A stretch of DNA of 64,000 bases from Basidiobolus meristosporus CBS 931.73 (taxonomy: Eukaryota; Fungi; Basidiobolomycota). A program made the translations under genes and the position numbers. Shown in pieces: positions 61,727 to 64,000 of the stretch. The notes below the pieces were generated by a model. The model had not been told where the DNA came from, did not search any database, and saw nothing but the letters and a program-made list of their open reading frames with translations. Positions within the stretch are counted from its first letter, which is position 1. Each line of letters opens with the position of its first letter. The DNA is taken from NCBI GenBank assembly GCA_002104905.1, contig MCFE01000028.1, positions 62,001 to 126,000 of the forward strand. Reading direction: 5' to 3'.

Positions 61727-64000
61727 GAGTATATTGACTTTGGAGCATCTCAACACTTTACACACCAAAAAGAACTTTTTACCCAATATCAAGAAATTCT
61801 AACTAAGAAAGTTTTCATGAGTGGCAACAGAGCACTTGATGCAGTGGGAGAAGGAACTATTCAAGTAAACCTAAGAAGCAGTGAAGGAAGCCATTCACTG
61901 ACCTTTAAAGAAGTACTCTAAGTACCAGAAATAGCCAAGAACCTGCTATCTGTAAGCAAGGACACTGCAGAAGGACTCAGTTTCAGTTTGACAATTCTGG
62001 ATGCAACATCACTGATCAAAATGGTGCCCATATTGCTTTGGGTATCAGAGATCAGAATCTATACAAGTTGACTTATATTCCATCATATTTGGAAGCCAAT
62101 ATAAGTAACTTAAATGAAGAAACATTAATGCTTTGGCACAGGAGATTTGAGCTCATCAATTTTGATTATTTGCACAAAGTGATCAAAGATCAGCTAATTT
62201 CTGGAGTAAAAACTGATCCCCCAGCTAATTTGTAGCACTCTGAAGCCTGCATATATGGGAAACAAGCCACACAACTGTTCAAGAGCTCTGGGCTAATCAA
62301 AGCTAAGAAAAAGTCTAATCTAATTCACTCAGATCTGTGTGGACATATGCAATACTTATCTTAAGGCAGGATGAAGTATTCAATCAGTTTTACTGATGAT
62401 TACACAAGATACATGTGGGTCTACATCATGGAGTGAAAGGAAGAGGCTCTGTCTATCTTCAGGGAGTTTAAAGCCATGGTGGAGAGAGAAACTAGTGAAA
62501 AAATCAAGAAAATATGCTCTGACAATGGTGGAGAAGATACCTCTAAACTCTTCATCCACTTCTGTTAGATTCATGGAATAAAGCAAGCAGCTACTGCACC
62601 ATACTCCCCACAGCAAAATGGAGTAGCAGAATGTGCAAACAGATCAATAATTGATATGGCAAGATCTATCATCCATGATCAAAATTTTCCTATAATTTTT
62701 TGGCAGAATTAGTTGCCACAACTGTATTCCCTAAAAATAGGAGTTATAGCAGAGTACTTTGTGTTTCTACTCCACTTGAAGCAGGGTTTGGATACAGACC
62801 AAATGCAGAACATCTAAGAAAATTTGGGTGTACAGCATATGCCAAGAGGCTGCCTGGAAATCAGTCAAAATTTGAGCCAAAAAGTATAAAATGCTTATTT
62901 TTGGGCTACTGCAATGAGAGTAAAGCATACAGAATCTACAATACCAAAGCAAAAAAGCTAATCTATTCAAGGGATGTATTCTTTGATCAAGATTCCAATA
63001 TTTCATAAAAAATGACATCTGAAGATGACAAAAATCTGATCTTGAGTCCACCAATAGTCAGGATTAAATCAGAGCAAAACAATGAAAGCTTTTTCACTCC
63101 AGAGGACTCTACAACCATGGTTCAGCCTGAAGCAGCGCCCAGGAATATCCCAGAAGTGATCATTCCAGTGTCAGAATCTTGTAAATCCAATTATACAAGA
63201 AATAGCCCAAATTACTATATCAATGAGGGAACAAACTTAGCCTATGCCTACTTGGTCCATATTGATGAACCCCAGACTGTAAAAGAAGCCCTAAATAGCC
63301 CTCAGACAAAGCTTTGGAGATCTGCAATGACTGAGGAATAGCAGGCACTGATGGAATATCAAACTTGGGACTTAGTCAAATTACCAATCAACCAAAAATC
63401 AATTGGATGCAGATGGGTCTTCAAGACAAAATACAAGGCTGATGGTGCAATCAAAAGATACAAAGCAAGACTTGTGGCCAAAGAATGCTCTCAAACAAAA
63501 GGACTTGACTATACTGAGACCTTTGCACTGGTAGCCAAGTTTAATTCCATCATATTAATATTGGCTATTGCAGCCAAATACCAGTTTTTACACATGAAAT
63601 GGATGTAAAAGCTGCATTTTTGAATGGAGAACTTGATGAGGATGTTTACATGGACCAGCCATATGTTTTTGCACACCCAGATAGCCCCCAGCTGATCTGC
63701 AAGCTTAAAAAGTCTCTGTATGGACTCAAACAAGCACCAAGAGCCTGGGATTGCAACATAGATTCATATTTGGAATCTTTGAGCTTCAGAAGGAGCAATG
63801 CTGAATATAGTATATATTATAAGCCAGATAGAGCAAGTGCAGTTTTATTAGCTTTATATGTGGATGATCTTATAATAGCTACCAATAACCTAGCAACATT
63901 GGAAGAGACTAAATCCAGCCTATCTAAAGAGTTGAAGATGTCAGATCTATGAGAACTAAGTTACTACTTAGGGATAAAGCTCTCCATAGACAGAAGTACC
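61727..64000 (+). mobile_element. Degenerate copia fragment (protease to RT), running off the window
   Basis: Starts at ...TATATTGACTTTGGAGCATCTCAAC (protease region); integrase and RT fragments to YVDDLII; many stops. Confidence 0.92.

Noticed and set aside
4506-64000. Repeat-induced point mutation (RIP) as the cause of copia decay
   Set aside because: The changes seen are mainly at CpG, plus assorted transversions (AGA->TGA, TAC->TAA). No dense CpA->TpA pattern was evident by eye.
1-64000. CRISPR arrays, tRNA, rRNA, snRNA and snoRNA genes
   Set aside because: The repeats are LTRs or microsatellites, not repeat-spacer arrays. No T-loop/cloverleaf, rRNA or paired C/D box signature was found by eye; tRNAscan-SE and Infernal/Rfam would be needed to exclude them formally.

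Overview
Eukaryotic, intron-rich fungal DNA. Short GT-AG introns with CTAAC/CTGAC branch points suggest an early-diverging fungus (inference). The window has three parts. (1) 1-15.5 kb: a CpG-depleted retrotransposon nest, with a truncated Ty3/gypsy element and many nested copies and LTRs of one compact Ty1/copia family (349-bp LTRs, single ~1323-aa Gag-Pol consensus). (2) ~15.5-47.1 kb: a CpG-rich gene region containing an orphan gene, two Pcl/Pho80-type cyclins, PRP19, GAA1, SF3B2/CUS1, an unusual cyclophilin, an HSV2/WIPI PROPPIN, RPS28, RPS14, RPS4, MDM12, RPL14 and a DM9-repeat protein. (3) 47.2-64 kb: a second nest of the same copia family. The copia family is the most interesting signal. 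It has a half-tRNA(iMet) primer-binding site like Ty5/copia (Hemivirus). It inserts repeatedly into its own copies and has no copy in the gene region. Its integrase C-terminal tail carries LISSPP, 5/6 identical to the Ty5 heterochromatin-targeting domain LDSSPP, although Sir4 is known from budding yeasts only. Copy-to-copy comparisons show CpG->TpG/CpA decay. No CRISPR, rRNA or tRNA gene was recognised. All coordinates, counts and alignments were done by eye.
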